A program made the translations under genes and the position numbers. Shown here piece by piece: positions 10,563 to 20,395 of a DNA stretch of 64,000 nt. The stretch covers positions 1,664,001 through 1,728,000 of the forward strand of contig CBDBCZ010000019.1 in NCBI GenBank assembly GCA_965203295.1. Reading direction: 5' to 3'. The notes under the pieces are model-generated. The model ran no database searches. It saw only the letters and a program-made list of their open reading frames with translations, and was not told the origin of the DNA. Position 1 is the first letter of the stretch, and each line of letters begins with the position of its first letter. Source of the DNA: Nitrospirales bacterium (GTDB lineage Bacteria; Nitrospirota; Nitrospiria; Nitrospirales; UBA8639).

Positions 10563-10697
10563 TTGTTGCCGATATATCTCCCCTATCTATCTCTTATTTC
10601 CCAAGCACGCGTACTTCCTAGGCAGAAAAAATTCTGAAACGTGATTTGTTGTGCCCCATTGCTCCGGCGCTCAGAGTTTTGTAATGCAATGACCCTT
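10559..10697 (+). pseudogene. Degenerate, truncated VapC/PIN toxin remnant
   Basis: Overlaps the antitoxin stop. Fragments IVAD..., AEKILKRD and APLLRRSEFCNA lie in shifting frames and resemble a PIN toxin N-terminus. Confidence 0.65.
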
Positions 10698-11036
10698 TCA
10701 AGGGTGAGCGGCGACAAATTGAAGAGCCTCCGCAAAGGTCCGGTACTCGCGAAAATCAATCGGACCAGGGTCATGTGGAAGAGAGGTTCGTCCGAGAATG
10801 GCCGTGATGACACTCCTGTAGGCCGTATACCACCGGCAGGCTTTCGTAAAAGCTTCTTTGACTACGGGTTGATGTTGCCATGGTGTGAGATCCAGTTCCT
10901 CATTGATCAAAATTTCAACCCATAGCAGTCGTGCTGCCCGAGGAAATTGGAGGACTTCATCAAGTGATTGGACTCCGGCATAGGCTGGAAGGAGTTTCAA
11001 TTTGGAGACTGGGGTGGGGTTCTGTGCGTGGTTCAT
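10698..11036 (-). CDS. Hypothetical protein
   Basis: 112-aa ORF (RLLWVEILINE, KACRWYTAYRS, IDFREYRTFAEAL) downstream of the helicase. Confidence 0.75.
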   Translation of the reverse strand: MNHAQNPTPVSKLKLLPAYAGVQSLDEVLQFPRAARLLWVEILINEELDLTPWQHQPVVKEAFTKACRWYTAYRSVITAILGRTSLPHDPGPIDFREYRTFAEALQFVAAHP

Positions 11037-11188
11037 TGTTCAAGTTTAGAAGATCACCAAATTTCCGGCAAGTGTGGCCATTCTATAAGAAGCGCGACCG
11101 AGAAATGCTCAATACGATATATTCTGATCTTACAATCATCACCCTTTATGGCGGCCTGTTAAGATTTTATCCCAGAAAAGGGAAAACG

Positions 11189-13186
11189 CTAAAGAAGTGA
11201 GAGCTGTTGGGGTTCTTGAGAATCCTTCGATCGTCGTTTTCGGTCTGGCACTACAATCGTTTCTTTGAGAGATTCATCTATCTCAGATAAAAATCGTGAA
11301 GCCTCACGTTCTCGGCGTTTGCCGAAGAGAAAACGGTTTCGGCAATACAACAGATGCACTCGTTCTTTCGCTCGTGTGAGACCGACATAGAATAATCGCC
11401 GTTCTTCTTCAAGGTCTGCATTCTCGTACGGCAGGCTCCCCTCCTCGACTCCACCCAATATCACTTCGGTAAACTCAAGTCCTTTGGCTGCATGGAGGGT
11501 CATGAGGGTAACAGCATCCGCACTTACGTCATAATCATCTGATTCTACGGACAGTGCCGTCTCTTCTAAGAACTTTTGTAAAGCCACAGGAGTCGACATT
11601 TCATCATGTTTTACTGCCAATGAACGTATGAGCAAGAACTCATTGTCATGCCGAGGGTCTTGCTCAACACGCCACTGCTTCAGACCTGTAGCTTCTGCAA
11701 CATACGCCACGAATTGCGAGAGTGTCTTCTCTTCCATACCTTGACGCATTTGTTCGAGCATATGCATCAATGCCGTAACCGACCTGACTTGCGATGTTGA
11801 TAGATTCGACGATCCTTTGAGTGTTTGATACAGCGACAGCTCTCGTTGCTCCGCTTCGGCCTCAAGTGCGGTTTGAGTTTGAGAGCCTATTCCCCGAGGT
11901 GGGCAATTCAGGACTCGACTAAGACTGATATCATCATCGAGCTTTTGGATCAGCAAAAGGTAGGCCAATAGATCCTTGACGACCTTCCTGTCAAAAAATC
12001 GCGTTTCTCCAATAACACGAAAAGGAATGCCTGATTTGGCGAAGGCTTCTTGCAGTGGCTTACCCAATGCATGCAGCCGGAACAGCACTGCAAAGTCACG
12101 AAAGCTTCGTTGTCGTTGACTCACGGTGTCATGCACTTTTCCTCTGTAATGCTGGTAATGACTGGTCCCACCGACATGTTCTTCTATTTCACGTACAACC
12201 CACGCAGCTTCAGCCTGTTCATCAGGGAAACTCATCACCTGGATCGGCAAGCCTTCGACATTGTCTGTTTGCAAGGAGATGGCTATCCGAGATGTGTTGT
12301 GTGCGATGACTTGTGATGCGGCCGCAGCGATTTGTGGAGTAAAGCGATAACTTTTTTCTAGACGGATGACTCGGGCATCGGGAAATTCTTTCTCAAATCG
12401 GGGAAAGTTCTCAGATTGCGCTCCTCTGAAGGCATAAATAGCCTGGTCGCTATCACCGACAGCCCACAAGTTGGCCCTCTCGCCAACCAAAAATCGCAAC
12501 AAGTTGTACTGCAAAGGATTGACATCTTGATATTCATCGACAGCCACATAGACGAATTTGTCTTGGAAGTGTTGTCGAACCTCAGGAAAGTTTTCAAGAA
12601 GTTGTACCGCCAAGAGCAGCAATTCATCGAAGTCGAGCAGCCCTTGTTTTCGCAATCGTTTCTGGTATGCCTCGTAGATTTCTTGTAAACCTTGGGCAGC
12701 TAGCTGTGACTGAATGTGTGTGCCTTGATTTCGTAACGTTGATAGATCTTGAAGTGTTCGTTGCGCGTTCGCACGGCTATCTTGGCAGCCCAATTGTCTG
12801 AGCACATATTGCATCGTGCTCACCTGGTCTCGACGATCACAAACACCAAAATCTTTAGGTAGCTCGAGACAATCCCCTTTGTCACGAAGTAATTGAAGGC
12901 AGAAGCTGTGGAAGGTTCCTAGACAGACTTGATGAGCCGTGTCACCCACCGCCTGCTCCAGTCGCTCTCGCATCTCTCGTGCAGCTCTCGTCGTAAACGT
13001 CACCGCGAGGAGGGATGCTGGCAGGGCCTCGCACGCGCGAAGCAAATAGGCTAAACGAACTGTTAGGGTTCGAGTCTTCCCAGTGCCTGGACCGGCCACG
13101 ACCAACACTGGGCCTTCCAGTTCTAAGACAGCTTCTCTTTGTGACGCATTAAGGGTATCGAATAATGGGTGGGTTTCGACGCTCAC
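11189..13186 (-). CDS. UvrD/PcrA-like SF1 helicase
   Basis: AGPGTGKT, TFHS, VDEYQD, VGDSDQAIYAFRGA, TLHAAKGLEF and EERRLFYVGLTRA; C-terminal QLSLL. Confidence 0.95.
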   Translation of the reverse strand: MSVETHPLFDTLNASQREAVLELEGPVLVVAGPGTGKTRTLTVRLAYLLRACEALPASLLAVTFTTRAAREMRERLEQAVGDTAHQVCLGTFHSFCLQLLRDKGDCLELPKDFGVCDRRDQVSTMQYVLRQLGCQDSRANAQRTLQDLSTLRNQGTHIQSQLAAQGLQEIYEAYQKRLRKQGLLDFDELLLLAVQLLENFPEVRQHFQDKFVYVAVDEYQDVNPLQYNLLRFLVGERANLWAVGDSDQAIYAFRGAQSENFPRFEKEFPDARVIRLEKSYRFTPQIAAAASQVIAHNTSRIAISLQTDNVEGLPIQVMSFPDEQAEAAWVVREIEEHVGGTSHYQHYRGKVHDTVSQRQRSFRDFAVLFRLHALGKPLQEAFAKSGIPFRVIGETRFFDRKVVKDLLAYLLLIQKLDDDISLSRVLNCPPRGIGSQTQTALEAEAEQRELSLYQTLKGSSNLSTSQVRSVTALMHMLEQMRQGMEEKTLSQFVAYVAEATGLKQWRVEQDPRHDNEFLLIRSLAVKHDEMSTPVALQKFLEETALSVESDDYDVSADAVTLMTLHAAKGLEFTEVILGGVEEGSLPYENADLEEERRLFYVGLTRAKERVHLLYCRNRFLFGKRREREASRFLSEIDESLKETIVVPDRKRRSKDSQEPQQLSLL

Positions 13187-13188
13187 GG

Positions 13189-14475
13189 TTAGAACAACGT
13201 CATTTGTGGCTTGTCAGTTTGGCGATTTTCTGGTTCAAGTAAGCGAACCTTCCCATACTCCCCATCATAGCCTGGGGCGATATTCACTTGGCCAGCACGC
13301 ATCCGTTCAATCGCTGTAGCTAGGAGATTGCCCCCAGCCTCTTTAATGTCGGCAATGGGAACATCCATAAGAATGAAGAGTTCGTTCCCTAAGCTCGCCA
13401 GCAGACGCGTATAAACTTCGTTCACAGATTTCGCCTGAACCCCAGTGCCGTTGATTTCGGCAATCAATTCGACCAAAGGCACCAAGCTCCAGTAGGACAG
13501 GGCATTTTCTGGACGGTATCCTGTTGGCTGATCCGCTAAGACTTCCACTCGATGCATCACTCCCACTGTCACTGGCTTGCCACACTCAGGACACAGTTGA
13601 TTGTGTTTGCGGGTTTCATCGGGCGTCAGACGCACCTTGCAGGCGCGATGACCGTCATAGTGATATTTCCCTTCTTCTGGAAAGAACTCTATCGTCCCAA
13701 GAAACTGAGTTGAGTCGCCGCTGGTAAAGGCCCCTATAATGTCCTTAAAGGACAGGCTTGTATTCAGGACGTTCGCCTCTCGGCCAAGCTTGCTGGGGGA
13801 ATGGGCATCAGAATTGGAGATCAGGGTCACTCCTTCCAATTGGCTTAGACGCCAGTTCATAGGTGGATCTGACGAGAGGCCGGTTTCAATAACCTTGATA
13901 TGAGGGGTCAGCTCGCCGAAGCATTCCTCTAAAGAATCAAAGCCGGAGTTTGCTCCGAATACGGAGAAGTGGGGCGTCCATGCATGAGCTGGAATCAACA
14001 AAGCTTCTGGTGCGCGCTCCAGCACAATATGGAGCAGCTCTTCGCTATCGAGTCCGAGAATCGGGCGTCCATCAGCCTGCAAGTTGCCAATACGCGCCAG
14101 TTTGTCAGTTATACTGGCCACGGCCGTGAAGCTGGGCGCCAGAATGAGGTTATGCACCTTTCGGGTTCGTTCGCCGCGTTTATAGATGCTGCTGATCTCC
14201 GACGTGAGCATGAACCGCACTTCAGCTCGACAAGATTCAGGCACCTCGGGATCGACTTGTTTGGCAAGTTCTGGTTTGAGGCCATACAGGCCTGGCTCAG
14301 CAGGCTCGAGTTTGTCTTGTAGCTCCGCGAACCAGGCAGGATGTGTGAAGTCCCCAGTGCCGATGACCTTGATGCCTTTTAACTGAGCCCAACGGTAAAG
14401 GCTCTCCGGCACCATGTCTTTACTGACAGCCCTGGAATAGCGGGAGTGAATGTGAAGGTCGGCTATGAATGGCAC
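13189..14475 (-). CDS. Endonuclease Q family (PHP domain + Zn finger)
   Basis: ADLHIHSRYS, GTGDFTHP, PAHAWTP, ETGLSSDP, SNSDAHS, GKYHYDGHRAC, CPECG and PGYDGEYG; C-terminal QMTLF. Confidence 0.93.
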   Translation of the reverse strand: MPFIADLHIHSRYSRAVSKDMVPESLYRWAQLKGIKVIGTGDFTHPAWFAELQDKLEPAEPGLYGLKPELAKQVDPEVPESCRAEVRFMLTSEISSIYKRGERTRKVHNLILAPSFTAVASITDKLARIGNLQADGRPILGLDSEELLHIVLERAPEALLIPAHAWTPHFSVFGANSGFDSLEECFGELTPHIKVIETGLSSDPPMNWRLSQLEGVTLISNSDAHSPSKLGREANVLNTSLSFKDIIGAFTSGDSTQFLGTIEFFPEEGKYHYDGHRACKVRLTPDETRKHNQLCPECGKPVTVGVMHRVEVLADQPTGYRPENALSYWSLVPLVELIAEINGTGVQAKSVNEVYTRLLASLGNELFILMDVPIADIKEAGGNLLATAIERMRAGQVNIAPGYDGEYGKVRLLEPENRQTDKPQMTLF

Positions 14476-14601
14476 ACCGATGTCCTTAAATTGCGCGCAA
14501 GCTTACTCTGTGTTTGGCATCAGGGCAAGAGGTGATGAAATAACCTACTCGCGAGGTCGAAAGATGATGAGTATAATAGCGATCATCGTCTGGTAGGGAA
14601 A

Positions 14602-15095
14602 TTTCAAGTTTAAGGTTTCGAGTTTGGAGTTTAAAGTTTCAGATTTAAAGATCCGAGTTTCTCGTTCACAGTTCCGCTTTGTCGGGTTTCGCCCCGGCAG
14701 TGGAGGTCCTTTTGTTTCGGCAAAAGGGACTGTTCAAAAAGCTTCATCCAGCAAGGCCCGCAGGCCGCGAGGAGGACGAGGCGTACACGTGAGTACGTTG
14801 AGGACTCCGAGCCACGAGAACGCCGCTGGTGGACTTTTTCAACAGTCCCTTAAAGGACTCAAAACCATTTCCGCTCATGCGTGGCCCTGCGGGTCTCCTT
14901 CGTCACAGCACCGAATCACATGGCTGCGAAACTCGCTCTGCTCAGACAGTCCTCGCCGAACTGTCGGATTCGGCGCTGTGACTCAGCCACGCGCAAAGCG
15001 GAACAAAAAAAGAACAGATTTATTTTTAAACCTTTAACGTGGATCCATCTTGCAAGATAGGCCTGGATACCCGCTTACGACCGCAGGCATGACGA
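14602..15095 (+). repeat. Composite intergenic element copy 1: heptamer tract + element A with nested element B + terminal hairpin D
   Basis: TTTnRRG-like heptamers 14602-14660; A ~14665-15035 matches 41742-41982; B 14725-14850; D (CTGGATACCCGC...GCAGGCATGAC) ~15064-15093. Confidence 0.88.
14725..14850. mobile_element. MITE-like element B (~126 bp) nested in A
   Basis: TIRs AGGGACTGTTCAAAAA / TTTTTCAACAGTCCCT; absent from the equivalent site in the 41.8-kb copy. Confidence 0.8.
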
Positions 15096-15125
15096 CCTAA
15101 ATACTCTGTTTAAATTCAGGTTTTT

Positions 15126-16136
15126 ATGGATTACCGAAATTTAGGAAGAACCGGCGTCAAGGTGAGTGAATTGTGTCTCGGATGTATGATGTTCGGCAAT
15201 CAAACTTCTGAAGCCGATTCCGCCACAATCATTGATCGAGCCCTAGACGCAGGGATCAACTTCTTGGACACAGCCAACGTCTACAATAAAGGGAAAAGCG
15301 AAGAAGCCGTCGGCAAGGCACTTAAGCAAAATGGGAAGCGGTCACGAATCGTTCTGGCCACGAAGGTTCATGGCACGATGGATAAAACGGATCCCAACGC
15401 CAGGGGAAATAGCCGGCGGCATCTTCTCAATCAATGCGAAGCCTCTCTTAAACGTCTCCAAACTGATTACATTGACCTCTATCAAATCCACCGACCTAGC
15501 GCCGACACCCCTATGGATGAAACCCTTCGAGCGTTAGATGACCTGATCAGATCAGGTAAGATCTGCTACATTGGCACCACCACCTATGCAGCCTGGCAGG
15601 TCCTTGAAACCCTTTGGATTTCGAAAGAATTTGGCATTAATCGCGTAGTCTCGGAGCAACCACCTTATAACCTCCTAGACCGCCGGATCGAACAAGAGTT
15701 AGTCCCCATGGCCCAAACCTATGGTCTCGCTCTTCTCCCTTGGTCTCCCCTCGCCGAGGGGTTTCTCACCGGGAAATACCGTCAAGAGAAAAGATTTCCT
15801 CAAGGCGCTCGACTGACCAATGATGAGCCCTGGTTCAGTCGGCATTTCACTGACCCAGCATTCCAGGTGTTGAGCACAGTCGAAAGTCTGGCTACGAAGA
15901 AAGGTTGTACCCCAAGCCAATTGTCCCTTGCCTGGTGCGGGCAGCAACCTGGAGTGACCAGCCCTATTATTGGGCCAAGAACCCTTGAGCAATTAGAGGA
16001 CAATCTTGGCTCAATAAAAGTTGAAGTGTTACATGAAGATCGCAAACGGATAGATCAGGTCTCTCAACCTGGCCAAATGATTGTCCCCTATTATGAAGCG
16101 AACTTTGGGCCTCATGAATTTTCCTGGTTTTCATGA
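15126..16136 (+). CDS. Aldo/keto reductase
   Basis: LGRTGVKVSELCLG, FLDTANVY, LATK, SLKRLQTDYIDLYQIH and PWSPLAEG. Confidence 0.95.
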   Translation: MDYRNLGRTGVKVSELCLGCMMFGNQTSEADSATIIDRALDAGINFLDTANVYNKGKSEEAVGKALKQNGKRSRIVLATKVHGTMDKTDPNARGNSRRHLLNQCEASLKRLQTDYIDLYQIHRPSADTPMDETLRALDDLIRSGKICYIGTTTYAAWQVLETLWISKEFGINRVVSEQPPYNLLDRRIEQELVPMAQTYGLALLPWSPLAEGFLTGKYRQEKRFPQGARLTNDEPWFSRHFTDPAFQVLSTVESLATKKGCTPSQLSLAWCGQQPGVTSPIIGPRTLEQLEDNLGSIKVEVLHEDRKRIDQVSQPGQMIVPYYEANFGPHEFSWFS

Positions 16137-16171
16137 GGTAAATCCTATTTTTATCTGAGATGAAACAACTC

Positions 16172-16862
16172 ATGTCGAACCATCAAACAAGTCTTTTTAA
16201 AAACAGAGGATTCCATAAACAATTTCAAGGAGCAGTCCTCTTCATTGCCCTTTTGGTTCTATGTGTGAGTCACTCATAAACCCTGGGATATTGACCAATA
16301 CATTCAAGCACTGGAGCGGTCAGAACGAGACGAGTACCAGAAACCAGAAGAGGTGATCAAAACTCTAGAGTTAAAAACGGGGATGGCCGTAGCCGATATC
16401 GGTTCTGGGTCAGGCTACTTCACCCAGCGATTTGCGCAGGCTGTAGGGCAGGAAGGAAAAGTGCTAGCTGTGGATGTGGAAGCAGAAATGCTGGAATATA
16501 ACCGCGCGCATATAGCCGACATGGGGCTACCCTCCCCAACGGAATTTATTCTGGCCGAACCCAACGACCCTTTGCTCCCACCGAAGAATGCTGATCTCAT
16601 TTTCCTTTGCAATGTCTACCATCATATCGAAAACCATATGGCCTATTTCGCGAAACTCCAACCAGCACTTTCTGATAACGGTCGCATTATCATTATCGAT
16701 TTTTATCATGATGAACGATCTGGAAAACTCGGTTTTTCTAAACATCACCTCGTTCCACGAGAAAGGGTGATCAGAGAACTTCAAGGAGCAGGGTTTTCCT
16801 TTCTCAAAGAACACACATTCCTGCCAAAACAATATTTCCTTGAATTTACGGCATCATCATAA
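16172..16862 (+). pseudogene. Class I SAM-dependent methyltransferase, frameshifted after the signal peptide
   Basis: ATG 16172 gives a hydrophobic leader ending at TAA ~16279. The catalytic frame (PWDIDQYIQALERSERDEYQKPEEV...VADIGSGSGYF) is a different frame; the ORF track starts it at 16353. Confidence 0.7.
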
Positions 16863-16902
16863 TCAAGGCGCTTCCACCTTCATGGGACTTTCTCGCGGCA
16901 TT

Positions 16903-17229
16903 TCATGAATCAACAAGATCTGCCTCACAATTCCAGCCCTCGCCAGAGAGAACTTCCAGGGTTTGGGCTAGTTGCTTGGGCTTCACTGTTCCGTCGGTGA
17001 TCATAAGGGCCTGTCCCTTTTGACTCTTGAGATCGACAATTTGTACTCCTTGAACTTTTTTCAGGGCTTCTTCAACAGCGCCAAGGTAGAATTCACAATT
17101 CTCGCCACCTAGTGTGAGATTGACTTTTGTCGGAAGACGACTCTCCTCCTGACTTTCTCCACATCCCCAACTCACTATCATAGCTATTCCAAGAAGAATA
17201 CATCTGAGGTTGACCCTCTTGGATCTCAT
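16903..17229 (-). CDS. HMA-like (heavy-metal-associated fold) lipoprotein
   Basis: Lipobox-like SWGC; LGGENCEFYLGAVEEALKKVQGV; GGAGGG RBS before ATG 17229. Confidence 0.7.
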   Translation of the reverse strand: MRSKRVNLRCILLGIAMIVSWGCGESQEESRLPTKVNLTLGGENCEFYLGAVEEALKKVQGVQIVDLKSQKGQALMITDGTVKPKQLAQTLEVLSGEGWNCEADLVDS

Positions 17230-17343
17230 AGTTCCCTCCCGCACATGCAAAAATGAAACTGGTTGATAACTCATTCTTAACCTTCATGACCGAGACTCAG
17301 TCTCTTCTTGCTCTGCAGCCATGATCATGCGACACTGATTTCT

Positions 17344-18294
17344 ATGGTTTCGAACATGCTTTCGCACCAATCGTTAAAGCGACGACTGTCTCTCGGGCTG
17401 GCCATTAATGCCTTCATCATTGTGGGTGAATTTGTCGGAGGATACTTTATCAACAGCATCGGCCTTATGAGTGATGCTGGTCACAATTTGATTGATCAAG
17501 GTTCCCTGTTCCTTGCCCTCTATGCTCACATCCTAGCCGCAAAACCGGCCACAGAGGACAGGACCTTTGGGTATCATCGAGCTGGGATAGTTGCCGCCTT
17601 CGTGAACGGGTTTCTCCTCCTATTCACAGCTGGTGTGCTTGGATATCTCGCCGTCAGCCGCTTGGTGACCTCTGTGCCTGTATCCGGAAGTTGGGTAATC
17701 GCGATAGCCTTGTTAAGTTTTTTAGCCAATTTAGGAGTCGCCCTCTTGCTCAAACAGGAAGCCAAGGACGATCTGAACGTCAAAGGCGCATACTGGCACA
17801 TGCTTGCTGACGCTTGGGTATCTTTAGGCGTCGTAGCATGCGGAGTCTGCATTCTGTTCACTGGTTGGACAGGTCTCGACCCCATCATCAGCTTGATCAT
17901 TGTGGTAGTCATCGTCAAAGGGGCGTGGCCCATTTTTCGTGAATCCTTGGATGTGTTACTGGAATCCACACCTCCTGGAATAAAGACGGCCCATGTGGTT
18001 AAGGCCATTGAACACGTGCAAGGGGTCAAAAACGTTCACGACCTACATATTTGGGCAGTCGAACCCCGATTAGTCATGTTGACCTGTCACGTCATGGTCG
18101 AAGAAGACCGTGCACATCTGAAGGATGAATTATTAAGTAGCATTCGAAATGCTGTCGCTTCCGAGTTTGGGATTCACCATCTGACCATTCAAATGGAAAC
18201 CCAATGCGCTCAGACCGAAGAGGTCCACTGTGATTTGAATCAGTTGACGAATGGAGCCCACCCCTTAGAAGCCCGCTCCTATCATTCTCACTAA
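17344..18294 (+). CDS. Cation diffusion facilitator (CzcD/ZitB-like)
   Basis: SDAGHNLID, RTFGYHR, AYWHMLAD, VHDLHIW and GIHHLTIQME. Confidence 0.93.
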   Translation: MVSNMLSHQSLKRRLSLGLAINAFIIVGEFVGGYFINSIGLMSDAGHNLIDQGSLFLALYAHILAAKPATEDRTFGYHRAGIVAAFVNGFLLLFTAGVLGYLAVSRLVTSVPVSGSWVIAIALLSFLANLGVALLLKQEAKDDLNVKGAYWHMLADAWVSLGVVACGVCILFTGWTGLDPIISLIIVVVIVKGAWPIFRESLDVLLESTPPGIKTAHVVKAIEHVQGVKNVHDLHIWAVEPRLVMLTCHVMVEEDRAHLKDELLSSIRNAVASEFGIHHLTIQMETQCAQTEEVHCDLNQLTNGAHPLEARSYHSH

Positions 18295-18299
18295 AATTC

Positions 18300-18866
18300 T
18301 CATTTCCCTGACACGGAGCGTCCAGAAACATTTTGGAAGGGAGCCAGTTTGATGACCCTCATGGCAAGAATGGCAACTGCCATTCCCAACATCCCGCCAA
18401 TAGCCCATCCTGCTATGACATCGGTGACATAATGAGCACCAAGGTACACGCGAGAAATACCGATTAATCCTACCAGAGGCCAAATAAACCAACTCGTTGA
18501 AGGATACAGTGTCGAGAAAAATGCTGCCGCAGCAGCTGAGTTAACGGCATGGTTGGAAGGCATGCTAAGGGTACCGCCACATCCAATAATTTCATTCATA
18601 TTCATCAACACTTGGCACGGCCGTGGCCGTCCAAAAAACCATTTCAGTTGTCCTCCGACGAAATCGCTAAGCCCGATAAGAATCCCCACTGCTGGGATTC
18701 CAATGACGGCTTCTTGCTGTTTGGTCCAAATCCAGTATCCGGTTAATAACAAAATCGGCAAGAGAAGATTCTCTTCACGTGACAGTTGGATCATGGCCCA
18801 ATCTAATATCTCCCAACGGCCAGCCAATCCATTTATCTGTTTAAATAGGGCTAAATCCCAATCCAT
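18300..18866 (-). CDS. PAP2 family phosphatase
   Basis: KWFFGRPRP, SMPSNHA and SRVYLGAHYVTDV. Confidence 0.92.
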   Translation of the reverse strand: MDWDLALFKQINGLAGRWEILDWAMIQLSREENLLLPILLLTGYWIWTKQQEAVIGIPAVGILIGLSDFVGGQLKWFFGRPRPCQVLMNMNEIIGCGGTLSMPSNHAVNSAAAAAFFSTLYPSTSWFIWPLVGLIGISRVYLGAHYVTDVIAGWAIGGMLGMAVAILAMRVIKLAPFQNVSGRSVSGK

Positions 18867-18964
18867 TCTTATTCCTTTCTTATTCCTTAGAACAATCAAT
18901 CCTGTTATCCCCTTTCAGAAATATGCTAGGATCTGCCCCGCTTTGTGGAAAGATGAACTCTGCC

Positions 18965-19744
18965 ATGTTGATAGATAGTCATGTACATCTTGATGATGCG
19001 CGGTACGATCATGACCGCGATGCGGTCTTTACCAGGGCCAAAGAGGCTGGAGTTGAAGCCTTTATTACTATTGGGTGCGATCTTGTCACCAGCCAGTCAG
19101 CCGTTGCCCTCGCTAACCGCCATGCCGAAGTCTATGCCACCGTGGGGGTGCATCCCCATGAGGTCAAGCTGATTGAAGAACCGTGGTATCCGGAATTGAA
19201 ACAACTCGCCCAGAATCCCAAAGTAGTGGCCTATGGGGAAATTGGCCTGGATTACCACTACGATCACTCCCCTCGCGAGGTGCAACGCCAACGATTTCGT
19301 GAGCAAGTTCAGATAGCCCGGGAATTAGGGCTCCCCATCGTCGTCCATACCCGCGAAGCCCAAGAAGATACGATCACCATCCTCCGAGAAGAACATGCCG
19401 ACGAGATCGGTGGGGTCTTTCATTGCTTCTCAGGAGACACCTGGCTCGCCAAAGATGCCTTGGACCTTGGATTTTTCCTTTCCTTCTCCGGAGTGATTAC
19501 ATTCAAGAATGCGGCCATGCTTCGTGAGATCGTTCGAACGGTTCCTCTTGATCGTCTATTGATTGAAACTGACGGTCCATACTTGACTCCTGTTCCCCAC
19601 CGAGGGAAACGAAATGAGCCTTCTTTTGTGAAGCATGTCATTGAAACTATCGCAGAAATAGTTGGTCGTCACGACCCTTTATCCTTGGAAGAACTCGCTG
19701 AGACGACGGTCGCCAACACGAAACGCCTTTTTAAAGTCCCCTAA
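18965..19744 (+). CDS. tatD: TatD family hydrolase
   Basis: IDSHVH, GVHPH, GEIGLDY, HTREA, HCFSG and ETDGPYL. Confidence 0.93.
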   Translation: MLIDSHVHLDDARYDHDRDAVFTRAKEAGVEAFITIGCDLVTSQSAVALANRHAEVYATVGVHPHEVKLIEEPWYPELKQLAQNPKVVAYGEIGLDYHYDHSPREVQRQRFREQVQIARELGLPIVVHTREAQEDTITILREEHADEIGGVFHCFSGDTWLAKDALDLGFFLSFSGVITFKNAAMLREIVRTVPLDRLLIETDGPYLTPVPHRGKRNEPSFVKHVIETIAEIVGRHDPLSLEELAETTVANTKRLFKVP

Positions 19745-20282
19745 GCCTTCGATTTCGCTGACGTTGAGCTTTCGGTAATTTTTTGGGATTTCCTTTCTTA
19801 TCGACTCGGCGAAGTGGAAAATCGCTATCTTCTTTCTCTGTGACCTTATGTCTTTTCAGACCTATATTCTTGGAGATAGATCTGCCTTGGAAAGCGGCCC
19901 TAAGCTTGACGTGAAATTCCTGTGAAGTCAAAACCAACGCACCATGATCCTTTGCACAATTCACAATTTCATGATCTGACGAGACGATCGCACAATCACT
20001 CTGAAATTGACGAGCCAAACGCTTAATGACGGCATCAGCTTGCTCCCCACTACGAGAAAACACCACTTCGACACCTGCTCGATGTTCTCGTGATCCTACA
20101 GCACCCGGAGAACGCCAGGCATCAAACACCACCGTCAGGGGATGCCCCTTTATTTGTCCATAGAGTGAAAGCTCTTTTATTAACTCTTCACGAAGTTTTT
20201 CACCTTCCTGGTGATTGGGTAGGCCACTTCTCCCCCTGACACCAAGGAGATTGTAGCCATCAATGATCAGGTGAACAGGCAT
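19731..20282 (-). CDS. NYN (YacP-like) domain protein
   Basis: LIIDGYNLL, VVFDA, EQADAVI and VSSDHEI. Confidence 0.88.
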   Translation of the reverse strand: MPVHLIIDGYNLLGVRGRSGLPNHQEGEKLREELIKELSLYGQIKGHPLTVVFDAWRSPGAVGSREHRAGVEVVFSRSGEQADAVIKRLARQFQSDCAIVSSDHEIVNCAKDHGALVLTSQEFHVKLRAAFQGRSISKNIGLKRHKVTEKEDSDFPLRRVDKKGNPKKLPKAQRQRNRRLRGL

Positions 20283-20395
20283 GATGAAACGAAACGCTAT
20301 CGTAGAGAGTATTCCCTGTCAACGTAGACAGATGGGAACCCTCCCTTGACAAGTCATACGCCATCTGAGAAAAAAATAAAGAAGATTCATCTTTT

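Noticed and set aside
14624..15037. ORFs across the composite repeats (also 24314-24888, 41724-41996, 3' part of 35951-36448)
   Set aside because: They are translations of non-coding palindromic repeats, and the frames are not conserved between copies.
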